64,000 nt of DNA. It comes from Thalassobaculaceae bacterium (GTDB lineage: Bacteria; Pseudomonadota; Alphaproteobacteria; Thalassobaculales; Thalassobaculaceae). The DNA lies in the NCBI GenBank assembly GCA_965228875.1, contig OZ245843.1, positions 2,276,616-2,340,615 on the forward strand. The letters run 5' to 3'. The translations under genes and the position numbers were made by a program. Positions within the stretch are counted from its first letter, which is position 1. Each line of letters begins with the position of its first letter. Below the pieces are notes generated by a model. That model worked only from the letters and a program-made list of their open reading frames with translations. It did no database searches and was not told where the DNA came from. This document shows positions 1 through 10,496 of the stretch, one piece after another.

Positions 1-877
1 GGACCATCCGACGGTGCAGGCGTTGATCCCCCGGGTCTCCGATCGACGGATCGTCACCTACGGTTTCGGCCCTCAGGCGGACGTGCGCGGCGTCGACGTC
101 GAGGTCACCGCCGCCGGGTCGCGCTTCACCGCCATCATCACCGACCGGGCCCACGGCGGCGAACGACGGATCGAGAACCTGCTGCTGCCGATGTACGGCC
201 GGCACAATGTGCAGAACGCGCTGGCCGCCATCGTCGTGGCCTCGGAGATGGGCATTCCCGACGAGCAGGTGCGGCGCGGTCTCGAGGGCTTCGCCGGCGT
301 GAAGCGGCGCTTCACCAAGACCGGAGAGGCCGGCGGCATCACCGTGATCGACGACTACGGCCACCATCCGGTGGAGATCTCCGCCGTGCTTTCCGCCGCC
401 CGCGCTGCCGCCGGCGACGCCAGGGTCGTCGCCGTGGTGCAGCCGCACCGCTTCACCCGGCTGCGCGACCTGTTCGAGGATTTCTGCACCTGCTTCAACG
501 ATGCCGACACGGTGATCGTCGCCGATGTCTACGCCGCCGGCGAGGCTCCGATCGACGGCGTCGACCGCGACGCGCTGGTCGCCGGTCTGCGTGCCCGCGG
601 CCACCGGCGGGTGCTGGCGCTCGCCGATCCGGTGGAGCTTGCCGCCATGGCCGTCGACCAGTGCGGCGCGGGCGACATGGTCGTCTGCCTCGGCGCCGGC
701 AGCATCACGAACTGGGCCCAGGCGCTGCCCGGCCAGATCGCCCATATCCTCGGGCCGGACGCCGCGGCGGGCGACAGCCAACGGGACAATGGCGGGCCGA
801 AAGGCGCCGATACGGACCCCGGCCGGACCGTTCCCTTCCCCCTGCGCCGACCCTCCGGCGAAGGCGGTGCAGCGTGA
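1..877 (+). CDS. murC: UDP-N-acetylmuramate--L-alanine ligase, 5'-truncated by window edge
   Basis: [26 protein letters not shown] and QPHRFTRL motifs; lies upstream of murB. Confidence 0.95.
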   Translation, partial: DHPTVQALIPRVSDRRIVTYGFGPQADVRGVDVEVTAAGSRFTAIITDRAHGGERRIENLLLPMYGRHNVQNALAAIVVASEMGIPDEQVRRGLEGFAGVKRRFTKTGEAGGITVIDDYGHHPVEISAVLSAARAAAGDARVVAVVQPHRFTRLRDLFEDFCTCFNDADTVIVADVYAAGEAPIDGVDRDALVAGLRARGHRRVLALADPVELAAMAVDQCGAGDMVVCLGAGSITNWAQALPGQIAHILGPDAAAGDSQRDNGGPKGADTDPGRTVPFPLRRPSGEGGAA

Positions 878-909
878 TCATCCTGGCGAAACCACCGCGG
901 CGACGCGCC

Positions 910-1836
910 ATGACCAAACTGATCGACCGACTGCCGCAGGTGCGCGGCACGTACAGCGAGAACGCGCCGCTGGCGCCGCTGACCTGGTTCAAGGTCGGCG
1001 GCCCGGCGGAGGTTCTCTACCGGCCCGCCGACGAGGCGGACCTGATGGACTTTCTCGCCGGCCGCCCGGGCGACGTGCCGGTGACGGTCATCGGCATCGG
1101 TTCCAACCTGCTGGTGCGCTCCGGCGGCGTCGACGGCGTCGTGGTGCGGCTCGGCAAGACCTTCGCCAAGGTCGAGGTCGACGGCGAGCGGGTGATCGCC
1201 GGCGCGGCGGCGCTCGACGTCACCGTCGCCGCCACCGCCCAGAAGGCCTCGCTCGCCGGGCTGGAGTTCCTGTCCGGCATCCCCGGCTCGATCGGCGGAG
1301 CGGTGCGCATGAATGCCGGCGCCTACGGCAGCGAGGTCAGGGACACGCTGATTTCGGCCCGCGCCATCGACCCGCTCGGCCACGCCCATACCCTCACCGC
1401 CGACGACCTCGGCCTGTCCTACCGCCACAGCGACCTGCCCGAGGACTGGATCGTCACCGGCGCCGTCTTTCAGGCGCGGATCGGCGATCCGGCGTGGATC
1501 GCCCGTGCCATCCGTGACATCCGCGACGCGCGGGAGGACACCCAGCCGCGCCGGGTTCGGACCGGCGGCTCGACCTTCGCCAATCCGCCGGGCGGCAAGG
1601 CATGGCAGCTCATCGACGCCGCCGGGTGCCGGGGCCTGACGGTGGGCGGCGCGATAGTGTCGGAGCTGCACTGCAACTTCCTCCTCAATACCGGCGACGC
1701 CACCGCGGAGGATATCGAGACCCTCGGCGAGGAAGTCCGCCGGCGGGTGCAGGAGACCAGCGGCGTCGAGCTGCGCTGGGAGATCCGCCGGATCGGCAAG
1801 CCGGCCGGCACGGCCAGCGCGGGAGGTGCCGCATGA
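910..1836 (+). CDS. murB: UDP-N-acetylenolpyruvoylglucosamine reductase
   Basis: TWFKVGGPA, GSNLLV, GIPGSIGGAVRMNAGAYG, GSTFANP and HCNF motifs; ATG at 910 chosen. Confidence 0.95.
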   Translation: MTKLIDRLPQVRGTYSENAPLAPLTWFKVGGPAEVLYRPADEADLMDFLAGRPGDVPVTVIGIGSNLLVRSGGVDGVVVRLGKTFAKVEVDGERVIAGAAALDVTVAATAQKASLAGLEFLSGIPGSIGGAVRMNAGAYGSEVRDTLISARAIDPLGHAHTLTADDLGLSYRHSDLPEDWIVTGAVFQARIGDPAWIARAIRDIRDAREDTQPRRVRTGGSTFANPPGGKAWQLIDAAGCRGLTVGGAIVSELHCNFLLNTGDATAEDIETLGEEVRRRVQETSGVELRWEIRRIGKPAGTASAGGAA

Positions 1837-2753
1837 GCCGGACCGACACCCATGTCGCCGTCCTGAAGGGCGGCTGGTCGCCGGAGCGCGAGGTTTCGCT
1901 CTCCTCGGGACGGGAATGCGCCAAGGCCCTGCGCATGGCGGGCTTCAAGGTCAGCGAGATCGACGTCGACCGGAAGATCGCCGGCACGCTGGAGGCCATG
2001 CGCCCGGACGTGATCTTCAACGCGCTGCACGGCCCGGTCGGCGAGGACGGCACGATCCAGGGCATGCTGAACGTGCTCGGCATTCCCTACACCCATTCCG
2101 GCGTGCGCGCGTCGGCGGTCGCCATGGATAAGCCGACGGCGAAAGGCGTCTTCGCGCGCCACGGCCTGCGCTGCCCAGGCGGCATGGTCGTCGGCCTCGA
2201 CGCGTTCGAAGCGGGCGATCCGATGGACCGCCCCTATGTCATCAAGCCGATCGACCAGGGTTCCAGCGTCGGCGTCCACATCATGCGCGAGGGCTGCAAC
2301 TACCGTCCCACCGCCGGCGACTGGCCGTTCGGCGACCGGGTGCTGGTCGAGCCGTTCATCGACGGGCGCGAACTGACCGTCGCCGTGCTCGACGGCGAAC
2401 CGCTGGAGGTGACGGAGATCACGTCCGATCGCGGCTTCTACGACTACGAAGCCAAGTACGAGGAAGGCGGGTCGATCCACCTGCTGCCCGCCCCGATTCC
2501 GGACGCGATCCGCGAGGAGGCCCTGGAGACGGCACGCCGTGCCCACGAGGCGCTCGGCTGCCGGGGCGTGAGCCGCTGCGACTTCCGCTACGACGACACC
2601 GGGGGCGAGCCCGGCACCCTGTATCTGCTCGAGATCAACACCCAGCCGGGCATGACCCCGACCTCCCTGGTGCCGGAACAGGCCGCCTTCCGCGGCGTCT
2701 CCTTCCCGGATCTGGTCGCCCGCATGGTGGAGGGGGCGCGATGCGACTACTGA
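1833..2753 (+). CDS. ddl: D-alanine--D-alanine ligase
   Basis: GGWSPEREVSL, LHGPVGEDG, MDK, YDYEAKY and EINTQPGMT motifs; ATGA overlap with murB stop. Confidence 0.95.
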   Translation: MSRTDTHVAVLKGGWSPEREVSLSSGRECAKALRMAGFKVSEIDVDRKIAGTLEAMRPDVIFNALHGPVGEDGTIQGMLNVLGIPYTHSGVRASAVAMDKPTAKGVFARHGLRCPGGMVVGLDAFEAGDPMDRPYVIKPIDQGSSVGVHIMREGCNYRPTAGDWPFGDRVLVEPFIDGRELTVAVLDGEPLEVTEITSDRGFYDYEAKYEEGGSIHLLPAPIPDAIREEALETARRAHEALGCRGVSRCDFRYDDTGGEPGTLYLLEINTQPGMTPTSLVPEQAAFRGVSFPDLVARMVEGARCDY

Positions 2754-3622
2754 ACCCGTTCGCCGGCGCGAAGAGCAAGCCGGCCAAGCCGAAGAGCGGC
2801 AAGGCGACGCCGATCCGACGCCAGCGCCCGGCCTCGCCCTGGCGCGGCCGGCTGATCCGTCTCGCGGGCGTCGGGCTCGTCATCGCCGGCAGCGGCGCCG
2901 CCATCGGCTGGAGCGTGCAGTCCGGCCGGGCGGCGGACGCCTGGGCGACCCTGACCGCCGGCGCTGTGCGCATGACCGCCGATGCCGGCCTGCGGATCGA
3001 GGACGTACTGGTCGCCGGCCGCGATCAGACCGATCCGGGCGCACTGCTGGAGAAGGTCGGCGTGCGTCGCGGCACACCGATCCTGACCGTTGATCTCGCC
3101 GCCACCCGGGCACGGGTGTTGGACCTGCCCTGGGTGAAGGACGCCCGGGTCGAGCGCCGGCTGCCGGACACCCTTCACGTGACCCTGGTCGAGCGTCGGC
3201 CGATGGCCCTGTGGCAGCGCGGCCGCGACTTCACCCTGGTGGATGCCGACGGCATCGAGATCGCCGGTCAGGACGTCCGGCGCTTCCACGACCTGCCCAT
3301 CGTGATCGGCGACCGGGCACCGGAACGCGCCGCCGCCGCGCTGGCCATGCTGTCCGGAGAGCCGGAACTGAGCCAACGGGTGCGCGCCCTCACCTGGGTC
3401 GGCCAACGGCGCTGGACGGTACGCCTCGACAACGGGATGGACGTGCAGCTTCCCGAGGTCGACCCGGCCGGCGCCTGGACCCATCTCGCCACGCTGGCGC
3501 GCGAGCACGGCGTGCTCGAACGCGACGTGGTGACCATCGACCTGCGCATCCCCGACCAACTGATCATGCGGGTGACTCCGGCAGCGCGCGAACGCGCCAC
3601 GAGTCCCGGCGCCAACACCTGA
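2741..3622 (+). CDS. ftsQ: cell division protein FtsQ/DivIB
   Basis: N-terminal TM segment, POTRA-like LPWVKDARVERRLPDTL, C-terminal IDLR; between ddl and ftsA. Confidence 0.92.
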   Translation: MRLLNPFAGAKSKPAKPKSGKATPIRRQRPASPWRGRLIRLAGVGLVIAGSGAAIGWSVQSGRAADAWATLTAGAVRMTADAGLRIEDVLVAGRDQTDPGALLEKVGVRRGTPILTVDLAATRARVLDLPWVKDARVERRLPDTLHVTLVERRPMALWQRGRDFTLVDADGIEIAGQDVRRFHDLPIVIGDRAPERAAAALAMLSGEPELSQRVRALTWVGQRRWTVRLDNGMDVQLPEVDPAGAWTHLATLAREHGVLERDVVTIDLRIPDQLIMRVTPAARERATSPGANT

Positions 3623-3648
3623 CGAACCGAGCGAAGAAGGACCCCCTG

Positions 3649-4944
3649 GTGAGAAAGCCCCTCGGCAAAACGCGAAGCGGACTGGTTGCCGCCCTCGACA
3701 TCGGGTCGAGCAAGGTGTGCTGTTTCGTGGCCAAGATCGGCGATCCGCCCTCCAGCCCCCTGCTGGCGAGCGCCGGACTGCCGGCCGGCTCGATCCGCGT
3801 CGCCGGCATCGGCCACCAGGTCAGCCGTGGCGTGAAGGCCGGCCGGATCACCGATGTCGACCAGCTCGAGGCGTCGATCCTCAACGCCGTCCACGCCGCC
3901 GAGAAGATGGCGGGGGCCGAACTGCGCTCGGTCCTGGTCAACATCTCCGGCGGCTGGCCGGCCTCCCAGACCGTCGGCGTCGAGGTGTCGGTCGCCGGCC
4001 ATGAAGTCGGCGACAGCGACCTGCGCCGGGTCCTGGACCAGTGGCGGCATCTGGAGGGACTGGACGGCCAGGACCTGATCCATTCGATCCCGGTCGGCTT
4101 CACCATCGACGGAACCAACGGCATCCGCGACCCGCGCGGCATGTACGGCGAGATGCTCGGCGCGCACATGCATGTGGTCACCGCCAACAGCGGCGCGGTG
4201 CGGACGCTCTCGACGGTGCTGCAGCGCTGCCATCTGGACATGGACGCCCTGGTCGTCTCGCCCTACGCCTCCGGACTGGCCAGCCTGGTCGACGACGAGA
4301 TGGATCTCGGCGTCACCGTGATCGACATGGGCGGCGGCACCACGAGCTTCGCCGTCTTCTTCGACGGCAACGTGATCTACACCGACTGCATTCCGGTCGG
4401 CGGCCACCACGTCACCAACGACATCGCCCGCGGCCTCTCGACACCGATCCTCGCGGCCGAGCGGATCAAGACGCTGTACGGCAGCGCCCTGCCCTCGCCC
4501 CTCGACGACCAGGAGGCGATCGACGTCCCGCCGATCGGCGAGGAGGACCACGTCCAACCCAATCACGTCTCCAAGTCGCTGCTCGTCGGGATCATCCGGC
4601 CGCGCCTCGAGGAGACCTTCGAACTTGTCCGTTCCCGCCTCGAAGCCAGCGGGTTCGACAAGATCGCCGGCCGGCGCGTGGTGCTGACCGGTGGTGCCAG
4701 CCAGCTGCCGGGCGCGCGCGAGCTCGCCCAGCTCGTTCTCGACAAGCAGGTCCGCATGGGCCGGCCGATCCGCGTCCAGGGCCTTGCCGAGGCCGCGGGT
4801 GGCCCGGCCTTCGCGACCTGCGCCGGGCTGCTGGTCTACGCCGCCAATCCGCACCTCGACGCACCGCGGTTGGCACCGGTCCCGCAAACCGAGTCCGGCG
4901 GCCTGTTCGGCCGCATGGGCTCGTGGCTGAAGGAGCACTTCTGA
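3649..4944 (+). CDS. ftsA: cell division protein FtsA
   Basis: ALDIGSSKVCC, IDMGGGTT, GGHHVTNDIA, VVLTGGASQL and C-terminal amphipathic WLKEHF; GTG start inferred. Confidence 0.95.
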   Translation: MRKPLGKTRSGLVAALDIGSSKVCCFVAKIGDPPSSPLLASAGLPAGSIRVAGIGHQVSRGVKAGRITDVDQLEASILNAVHAAEKMAGAELRSVLVNISGGWPASQTVGVEVSVAGHEVGDSDLRRVLDQWRHLEGLDGQDLIHSIPVGFTIDGTNGIRDPRGMYGEMLGAHMHVVTANSGAVRTLSTVLQRCHLDMDALVVSPYASGLASLVDDEMDLGVTVIDMGGGTTSFAVFFDGNVIYTDCIPVGGHHVTNDIARGLSTPILAAERIKTLYGSALPSPLDDQEAIDVPPIGEEDHVQPNHVSKSLLVGIIRPRLEETFELVRSRLEASGFDKIAGRRVVLTGGASQLPGARELAQLVLDKQVRMGRPIRVQGLAEAAGGPAFATCAGLLVYAANPHLDAPRLAPVPQTESGGLFGRMGSWLKEHF

Positions 4945-5177
4945 TGCGCGCACGTCCCTCTCCGAGCCCCGCAACCGACCGAACCACCACCGTCCAGCCC
5001 TCGGTCGCTGCGAACGGCGCCTGCTGGCGTCGCCAGGCGGTGACGGTCGCGCCCAGCAGTCCCGCCACCGCGACCGCCGCCGCCGCACCCGGCGTCGGTC
5101 ACGCCGACACCCCCGTTCATTGCGGCAACGGCCGCTCCCCCATCACCGAGAAACGCTAAGAAGACCCGGAGGCACCC

Positions 5178-6815
5178 ATGACCATCAACATCACCGTTCC
5201 CAACGACGACAACGAACTGGCGCCGCACATCACCGTGGTCGGTGTCGGCGGCGCCGGCTGCAACGCCGTCAACAACATGATCAGCGCCAACCTGGGCGGC
5301 GTGAACTTCGTCGCCACCAACACCGACGCCCAGGCCCTCAAGCAGTCCATGGCCGAACGCCGGATCCAGCTCGGCACCGAGGTCACCCAGGGCCTCGGCG
5401 CCGGCTCGCGCCCGGATGTCGGACGGGCGGCCGCCGAAGAGTCCATCGAGGACATCCTCGACGCGCTCGGCGACGCCAACATGTGCTTCATCACCGCCGG
5501 CATGGGCGGCGGCACCGGCACCGGCGCCGCCCCCGTCATCGCCCGGGCGGCACGCGAGCGCGGCATCCTCACGGTCGGCGTCGTCACCAAGCCGTTCCAC
5601 TTCGAGGGCCAGCACCGCATGCGGCTCGCGGAAGGCGGGATCGAGGAACTGACCGGCTACGTCGATACGCTGATCATCATCCCGAACCAGAACCTGTTCC
5701 GTATCGCCAACGAGAAGACGACCTTCGCGGACGCCTTCAACATGGCCGACGACGTTCTGCACTCGGGCGTGCGCGGCGTCACCGACCTGATGGTCATGCC
5801 CGGCCTCATCAACCTCGACTTCGCCGACATCCGCACGGTGATGAGCGAGATGGGCAAGGCGATGATGGGCACCGGCGAGGCCAGCGGCGAGAAGCGCGCC
5901 ATCGACGCCGCCGAGGCCGCGATCAACAACCCGCTGCTGGAAGACGCCTCGATGAAGGGCGCGCGCGGCGTGCTCATCAACATCACGGGCGGCTTCGACA
6001 TGACCCTGTTCGAGGTCGACGAGGCCGCCAACAGGATCCGCGAGGAGGTCGACTCCGACGCCAACATCATCTTCGGCTCGACCTTCGACGAGAAGATGGA
6101 CGGCATCATGCGGGTCTCCGTGGTCGCCACCGGCATCGCCGCCGAGGGGCAGGCCGCCAAGCCGCGCCCGCAGCTTTCGGTGGTGACGCCGCGTCCGACC
6201 AAGCTGCCGGAAGCCGAACCGGCGGCTGAGACCGCGATCCGCGCCGAGGCGGCGGCACCGGCGGCCGCGGTCGCCGCAGCACCGAAGCCGGCGGCGTCGA
6301 TGTCCACCCTGGACATCACCCGTCAGGCCGAGAGCGGCATCGGCGAGCTGTCCTTTCCCGAGCCGGAGGTGGCCGAGGACGTGACCCCGCTGGAAGCCGC
6401 GATCGAGGAGACCGTGGAGGCGGTGGAGGCCGTCCCGGCCGCCCAGCCGGCGGTCGCGCGTGTGGTCGAGGACGCCTTCGTTCCCGGTGCGGCCACTCTG
6501 CCGCAGCGCCGGCCCGAGGCGACGCCGAAGGCGGCCGATCCGTTCCGCGGCAGCGACATGGTGAACGCCACCAAGACCGAAGCGGCCGAGGCCGCCCCGG
6601 CGAAGTCGCGCGGCCCGGGCCTGTTCCGCCAGATCACGGGCCTCGGCCTCAAAGGCGAGACGGCTCCGGCGAAACCGGCCGCCGCGCCGGCCCAGGCCGC
6701 ACAGAGCGCCCAGCCGCGGCTCGGCGCCCTGAACCCGGGCGACCGGGTCCGGGCCAGCCAGAACGAGGACGAGATGCTCGACATCCCGGCGTTTCTCCGC
6801 CGTCAGGCCAACTGA
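5178..6815 (+). CDS. ftsZ: cell division protein FtsZ (long alphaproteobacterial linker)
   Basis: GMGGGTGTG tubulin signature, NLDFAD, C-terminal [20 protein letters not shown]. Confidence 0.98.
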   Translation: MTINITVPNDDNELAPHITVVGVGGAGCNAVNNMISANLGGVNFVATNTDAQALKQSMAERRIQLGTEVTQGLGAGSRPDVGRAAAEESIEDILDALGDANMCFITAGMGGGTGTGAAPVIARAARERGILTVGVVTKPFHFEGQHRMRLAEGGIEELTGYVDTLIIIPNQNLFRIANEKTTFADAFNMADDVLHSGVRGVTDLMVMPGLINLDFADIRTVMSEMGKAMMGTGEASGEKRAIDAAEAAINNPLLEDASMKGARGVLINITGGFDMTLFEVDEAANRIREEVDSDANIIFGSTFDEKMDGIMRVSVVATGIAAEGQAAKPRPQLSVVTPRPTKLPEAEPAAETAIRAEAAAPAAAVAAAPKPAASMSTLDITRQAESGIGELSFPEPEVAEDVTPLEAAIEETVEAVEAVPAAQPAVARVVEDAFVPGAATLPQRRPEATPKAADPFRGSDMVNATKTEAAEAAPAKSRGPGLFRQITGLGLKGETAPAKPAAAPAQAAQSAQPRLGALNPGDRVRASQNEDEMLDIPAFLRRQAN

Positions 6816-6885
6816 ACTGAGACCGACAACCTCCTGATAAATCAGGTATTTTTCGGTAACAGTCTGTAACAAAGAGTGAATTCCG

Positions 6886-6926
6886 CGACCCCGGTAAGAT
6901 TGCTAAATCTACCGGGGTCGTTTTTT
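6886..6926 (+). terminator. rho-independent terminator after ftsZ
   Basis: Stem CGACCCCGGTA (6886-6896) / TACCGGGGTCG (6910-6920) followed by TTTTTT. Confidence 0.75.
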
Positions 6927-6998
6927 GTCCGTTGCGGACAATCAGTAGACCGGAAACACGGCCGTATTTTGGCCGAATGACCGAATGAATGGGGCTCG

Positions 6999-7937
6999 AT
7001 GGTGACCAAGGCGACACGTATTCCCGGCTACGCGGGGGCGTCCCGACAGAAGACGCTCAAGCGTGCGATCCCGTGTCGCGGGGTCGGGTTGCATTCGGGC
7101 CGGCCGATCTCGATGACCCTGTGCCCGGCGCCGGTCGATCACGGTATCGTTTTCCATCGCGTCGATGTCGACGACCGCAACCCGCGGGTCGCGGCGCGTT
7201 TCGACAACGTGGTGGACACCCGGCTCTGTACGGTGATCGCCAACGAGGACGACGTCAGGATCGGCACGGTCGAGCATCTGATGGCGGCCTTCGCCGGCTG
7301 CGAGATCGACAATGCCCTGGTCGAGATCGACGGGGCCGAAGTTCCCATCATGGACGGCTCCTCGGAGCCGTTCGTCTTTCTGATCGACTGTGTCGGCGTG
7401 CATGAGCAGGACGCGCCGCGCCGCGCCATAGAGATCCGCAAGCCGGTGACCGTCGATCTCGACGGCAAACGCGTCACGCTCAGTCCCGCGGACCGCTACG
7501 CGATCGATTTCGAGATCGACTTCGCCAGCAAGGCGATCGGTCACGCCTCGCTCGGCGTCGAGATGGTCAACGGCACGTTCCGCCACGAGTTGGCCCAGGC
7601 CCGGACCTTCGGCTTCCTGGAGGAGGTCGAGCAGTTGCGGGCGATCGGTCTGGCGCGCGGCGGCAGCCTGGAGAATGCGGTCGTCGTCGATGGCGACAAG
7701 GTCCTCAACGAGGGGGGGCTGCGCTATCCCGACGAGTTCGTGCGTCACAAGGTGCTCGACTGCATCGGCGACCTCTATCTTGCCGGCGGTCCCCTGATCG
7801 GACACGTTGACGCGGTGAAGGCCGGTCACCAGATCAACAACGCCGCTCTGCGCGCCCTGTTCGCCGATCCCAGCGCCTATGCGATCGTCGACGCCGACTC
7901 CGTCTTCGCCGAACAGGCCCTGCCGGCGACGGCGTGA
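6999..7937 (+). CDS. lpxC: UDP-3-O-acyl-N-acetylglucosamine deacetylase
   Basis: GVGLHSG, TVEHLMAA, PIMDGSS, ARTFGF and HKVLDCIGDL motifs; start uncertain. Confidence 0.95.
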   Translation: MVTKATRIPGYAGASRQKTLKRAIPCRGVGLHSGRPISMTLCPAPVDHGIVFHRVDVDDRNPRVAARFDNVVDTRLCTVIANEDDVRIGTVEHLMAAFAGCEIDNALVEIDGAEVPIMDGSSEPFVFLIDCVGVHEQDAPRRAIEIRKPVTVDLDGKRVTLSPADRYAIDFEIDFASKAIGHASLGVEMVNGTFRHELAQARTFGFLEEVEQLRAIGLARGGSLENAVVVDGDKVLNEGGLRYPDEFVRHKVLDCIGDLYLAGGPLIGHVDAVKAGHQINNAALRALFADPSAYAIVDADSVFAEQALPATA

Positions 7938-8035
7938 CCCGGGCCCGCCGGCCTTTCCACCCAGTCGCCGCCTGACACGAGAACGGCCGCCCGAGGGCGG
8001 CCGCATCGCATCCGGTGCCGTTGTCGGACGGCGTT

Positions 8036-8938
8036 CTACTCGGCCGCCTGTACCGCCGATGCCGGCGTCCGCACCAGGGCGTCGTAGTCCTCGACCATCT
8101 GACGGGTCAGATCGCCCGGCGTGAAGCGGTACTCGCCGATCTCGCCCACAGGGGTGACCTCGGCCGCCGTACCGGTCAGGAAGCACTGCTCGGCGTCCGC
8201 CATCTCCTCCGGCTTGATGTGGCGCTCGACCACCTCGACGCCCCGCGCCTTGAGCAGGCCGATCACGGTCCGCCGGGTGATGCCGTCGAGGAAGCAGTCC
8301 GGCGTCGGCGTGTGGACCCGGCCGTCCTTCATGACGAAGAACACGTTGGCGCCGGTCGCCTCGGCGACATAACCGCGATAGTCCAGCATCATGGCGTCGT
8401 GGAAGCCTTCCTTCTCGGCCTTGTGCTTGGACAGGGTGCAGATCATGTACAGGCCCGCGGCCTTGGCATGCACCGGTGCCGTATCGGGTGCCGGGCGGCG
8501 CCACTTGGACAGCGCCAGGCGGATGCCCTTCATCTTGGCTTCCGGATCGAAGTAGGACGGCCACTCCCAGGCCGCGACGGCCAGATGAATGGTGTTCTGC
8601 TGTGCCGACACACCCATCATCTCGCTGCCACGCCAGGCGACGGGGCGGATATAGCCGTCGACGATCCCCATGCTGTCCAGGACCTCGCGCTTGGCGGTCT
8701 CGATCTCCTCGGCCGAGAACGGGATCTCGAAGTCGAGCGTGGCCGCCGAACGGTGCAGTCGCTCGGTATGCTCCTGCGATCTGAAGATGTTACCGCCATA
8801 AACGCGCTCGCCCTCGAACACGGAACTGGCATAATGCAGGCCGTGAGACAGCACGTGCACGGAGGCTTCGCGCCAGGGGACGAGTTTACCGTCGTACCAG
8901 ATCGCTCCATCGCGATCATCGAAGGGAATCAAGGACAT
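8036..8938 (-). CDS. ilvE: branched-chain amino acid aminotransferase (class IV PLP)
   Basis: HGLHYASSVFEG, AKAAGLY, EATGANVF, LDGITR and FLTGTAAEVTP motifs. Confidence 0.9.
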   Translation of the reverse strand: MSLIPFDDRDGAIWYDGKLVPWREASVHVLSHGLHYASSVFEGERVYGGNIFRSQEHTERLHRSAATLDFEIPFSAEEIETAKREVLDSMGIVDGYIRPVAWRGSEMMGVSAQQNTIHLAVAAWEWPSYFDPEAKMKGIRLALSKWRRPAPDTAPVHAKAAGLYMICTLSKHKAEKEGFHDAMMLDYRGYVAEATGANVFFVMKDGRVHTPTPDCFLDGITRRTVIGLLKARGVEVVERHIKPEEMADAEQCFLTGTAAEVTPVGEIGEYRFTPGDLTRQMVEDYDALVRTPASAVQAAE

Positions 8939-9064
8939 GGTTTCGTTTCCTACCTGAAGTCGAAGGGCTCACGCCGTCACATACCGTCGCGAAACCCAAC
9001 GATCGTGTACTTTTGTTACCCTCATCAGCTGAAACGACTAACATTCGGAAGAAAGTAAGTCAAC

Positions 9065-9667
9065 ATGGTTGACGTAAAAGGCGTCGCAAATCCGCTTTTC
9101 CTGCGCGAGGAGGAATTGCGCCAGGCGATCGAGATGCTGTTCTTCGCGTACCGGGACTTCACCGGCGGCCCCGACGAGATGCTGGCGGAGATCGGTCTCG
9201 GCCGCGCCCACCACCGGGTCATCTATTTCGTCGGCCGGAACCCCGGTATCACCGTGTCGGAGCTGCTGAGAATCCTGCGGATCACCAAGCAGAGCCTGAG
9301 CCGGGTCCTCAGTCACCTGGTCGAGGAGGCGTACATCACCCAGACCCCGGGTGAGAAGGATCGCCGCCAGCGTCTGCTCACCCTCACGCAGAAGGGCGTG
9401 GAGTTGGAGCGCCGGCTGACCGCCGATCAGCGCGAACGGATCGCCGACGCGTTCCGCAAGGCCGGCGCCGAGGCCGTCCAAGGGTTCAAGCTTGTACTCC
9501 ACGGCATCATCGACGAGCAGGACCGCGCCCAGTTCGACGTCTCCGGCGGCCCCGCCCATCTGCCGACGGCCCGCGTCGCCGGCAAGATCGACGGCGCCAA
9601 GACCGATGGCGCCAAGATCGTGGGTGCCAAGGCCGCAGGCGGTAAGATCGCCGGCGGCAATCGGTAG
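9065..9667 (+). CDS. MarR-family transcriptional regulator (PetP-like)
   Basis: [25 protein letters not shown] and DRRQRLL winged-helix motifs; repetitive C-terminal tail. Confidence 0.88.
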   Translation: MVDVKGVANPLFLREEELRQAIEMLFFAYRDFTGGPDEMLAEIGLGRAHHRVIYFVGRNPGITVSELLRILRITKQSLSRVLSHLVEEAYITQTPGEKDRRQRLLTLTQKGVELERRLTADQRERIADAFRKAGAEAVQGFKLVLHGIIDEQDRAQFDVSGGPAHLPTARVAGKIDGAKTDGAKIVGAKAAGGKIAGGNR

Positions 9668-9672
9668 ACGGT

Positions 9673-10383
9673 GTGAGCGAGGACGCGCCGCATATCCTGG
9701 TCGTCGATGACGACGCTCGGCTGCGCAATCTGCTGCGCCGGTTCCTCGTGGAGAACGGCTTTCGGGTCTCGGTCGCCGCCGACGCCGCGAAGGCCAGGGC
9801 GCACCTCGGCAGCCTGGTCTTCGACCTGATCGTCCTCGATGTCATGATGCCGGGCGAGAATGGGGTCGAACTGACGCGGTCGCTGCGGGCGGAATCGCTT
9901 GTGCCGATCCTGCTGCTGACCGCCATGGGCGAGACGGACGATCGGATCGCCGGGCTGGAGAGCGGCGCCGACGACTATCTCACCAAGCCGTTCGAACCGC
10001 GCGAGCTGGTGCTGCGGATCCGCACGATCCTGCGCCGCGTCACGGTCCCGGCGGAAATGCCGGCCCAGACGGAAACCGGCGGCGAGGTGAGTTTCGGGGA
10101 GTTCCGCTTCGATCCGGTCCGCAACATGCTCTGGCGCGGCGAGGAGCCGGTGCGGCTGACCGAGTCCGAGGGTGCGCTGCTGGCGGTGTTCGCCGCCGCG
10201 CCGGGCACCGTCTTCACCCGCGAGGACCTGGCCGACGGCGAAGGCGGCGTCGGCGGTGGCAATGCCCGAACCATCGACGTTCAGATCACCCGCCTGCGCC
10301 GGAAGATCGAACCGGACCCGAAGTTCCCACGCTTCCTGCAGACCGTGCGCGGCCGCGGCTACGTGCTGCGGCCGGATAGCTGA
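9673..10383 (+). CDS. OmpR-family DNA-binding response regulator
   Basis: [24 protein letters not shown] receiver; [15 protein letters not shown] and TVRGRGY output domain. Confidence 0.92.
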   Translation: MSEDAPHILVVDDDARLRNLLRRFLVENGFRVSVAADAAKARAHLGSLVFDLIVLDVMMPGENGVELTRSLRAESLVPILLLTAMGETDDRIAGLESGADDYLTKPFEPRELVLRIRTILRRVTVPAEMPAQTETGGEVSFGEFRFDPVRNMLWRGEEPVRLTESEGALLAVFAAAPGTVFTREDLADGEGGVGGGNARTIDVQITRLRRKIEPDPKFPRFLQTVRGRGYVLRPDS

Positions 10384-10496
10384 CGGCGTCGACCGGCAGG
10401 CCGCGACCGAAAGTCCCAGCCGCCGAGGGGTCATTGCCGGCGACCGGAGCGGCCGGCAGAATGTCGTTCCTTCCTGTTCTGGAAATGTCCGATTCC

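Noticed and set aside
4945..5177. 233-bp ftsA-ftsZ spacer as a small gene or ncRNA
   Set aside because: No RBS-backed ORF or recognisable RNA motif; probably the ftsZ promoter region
3268..6872. Long antisense and alternate-frame ORFs (3268-5088, 4836-6872; also 10172-13123, 48481-50790, 52297-54639)
   Set aside because: Shadow ORFs of real genes in high-GC DNA; Arg/Gly/Pro-rich with no motifs
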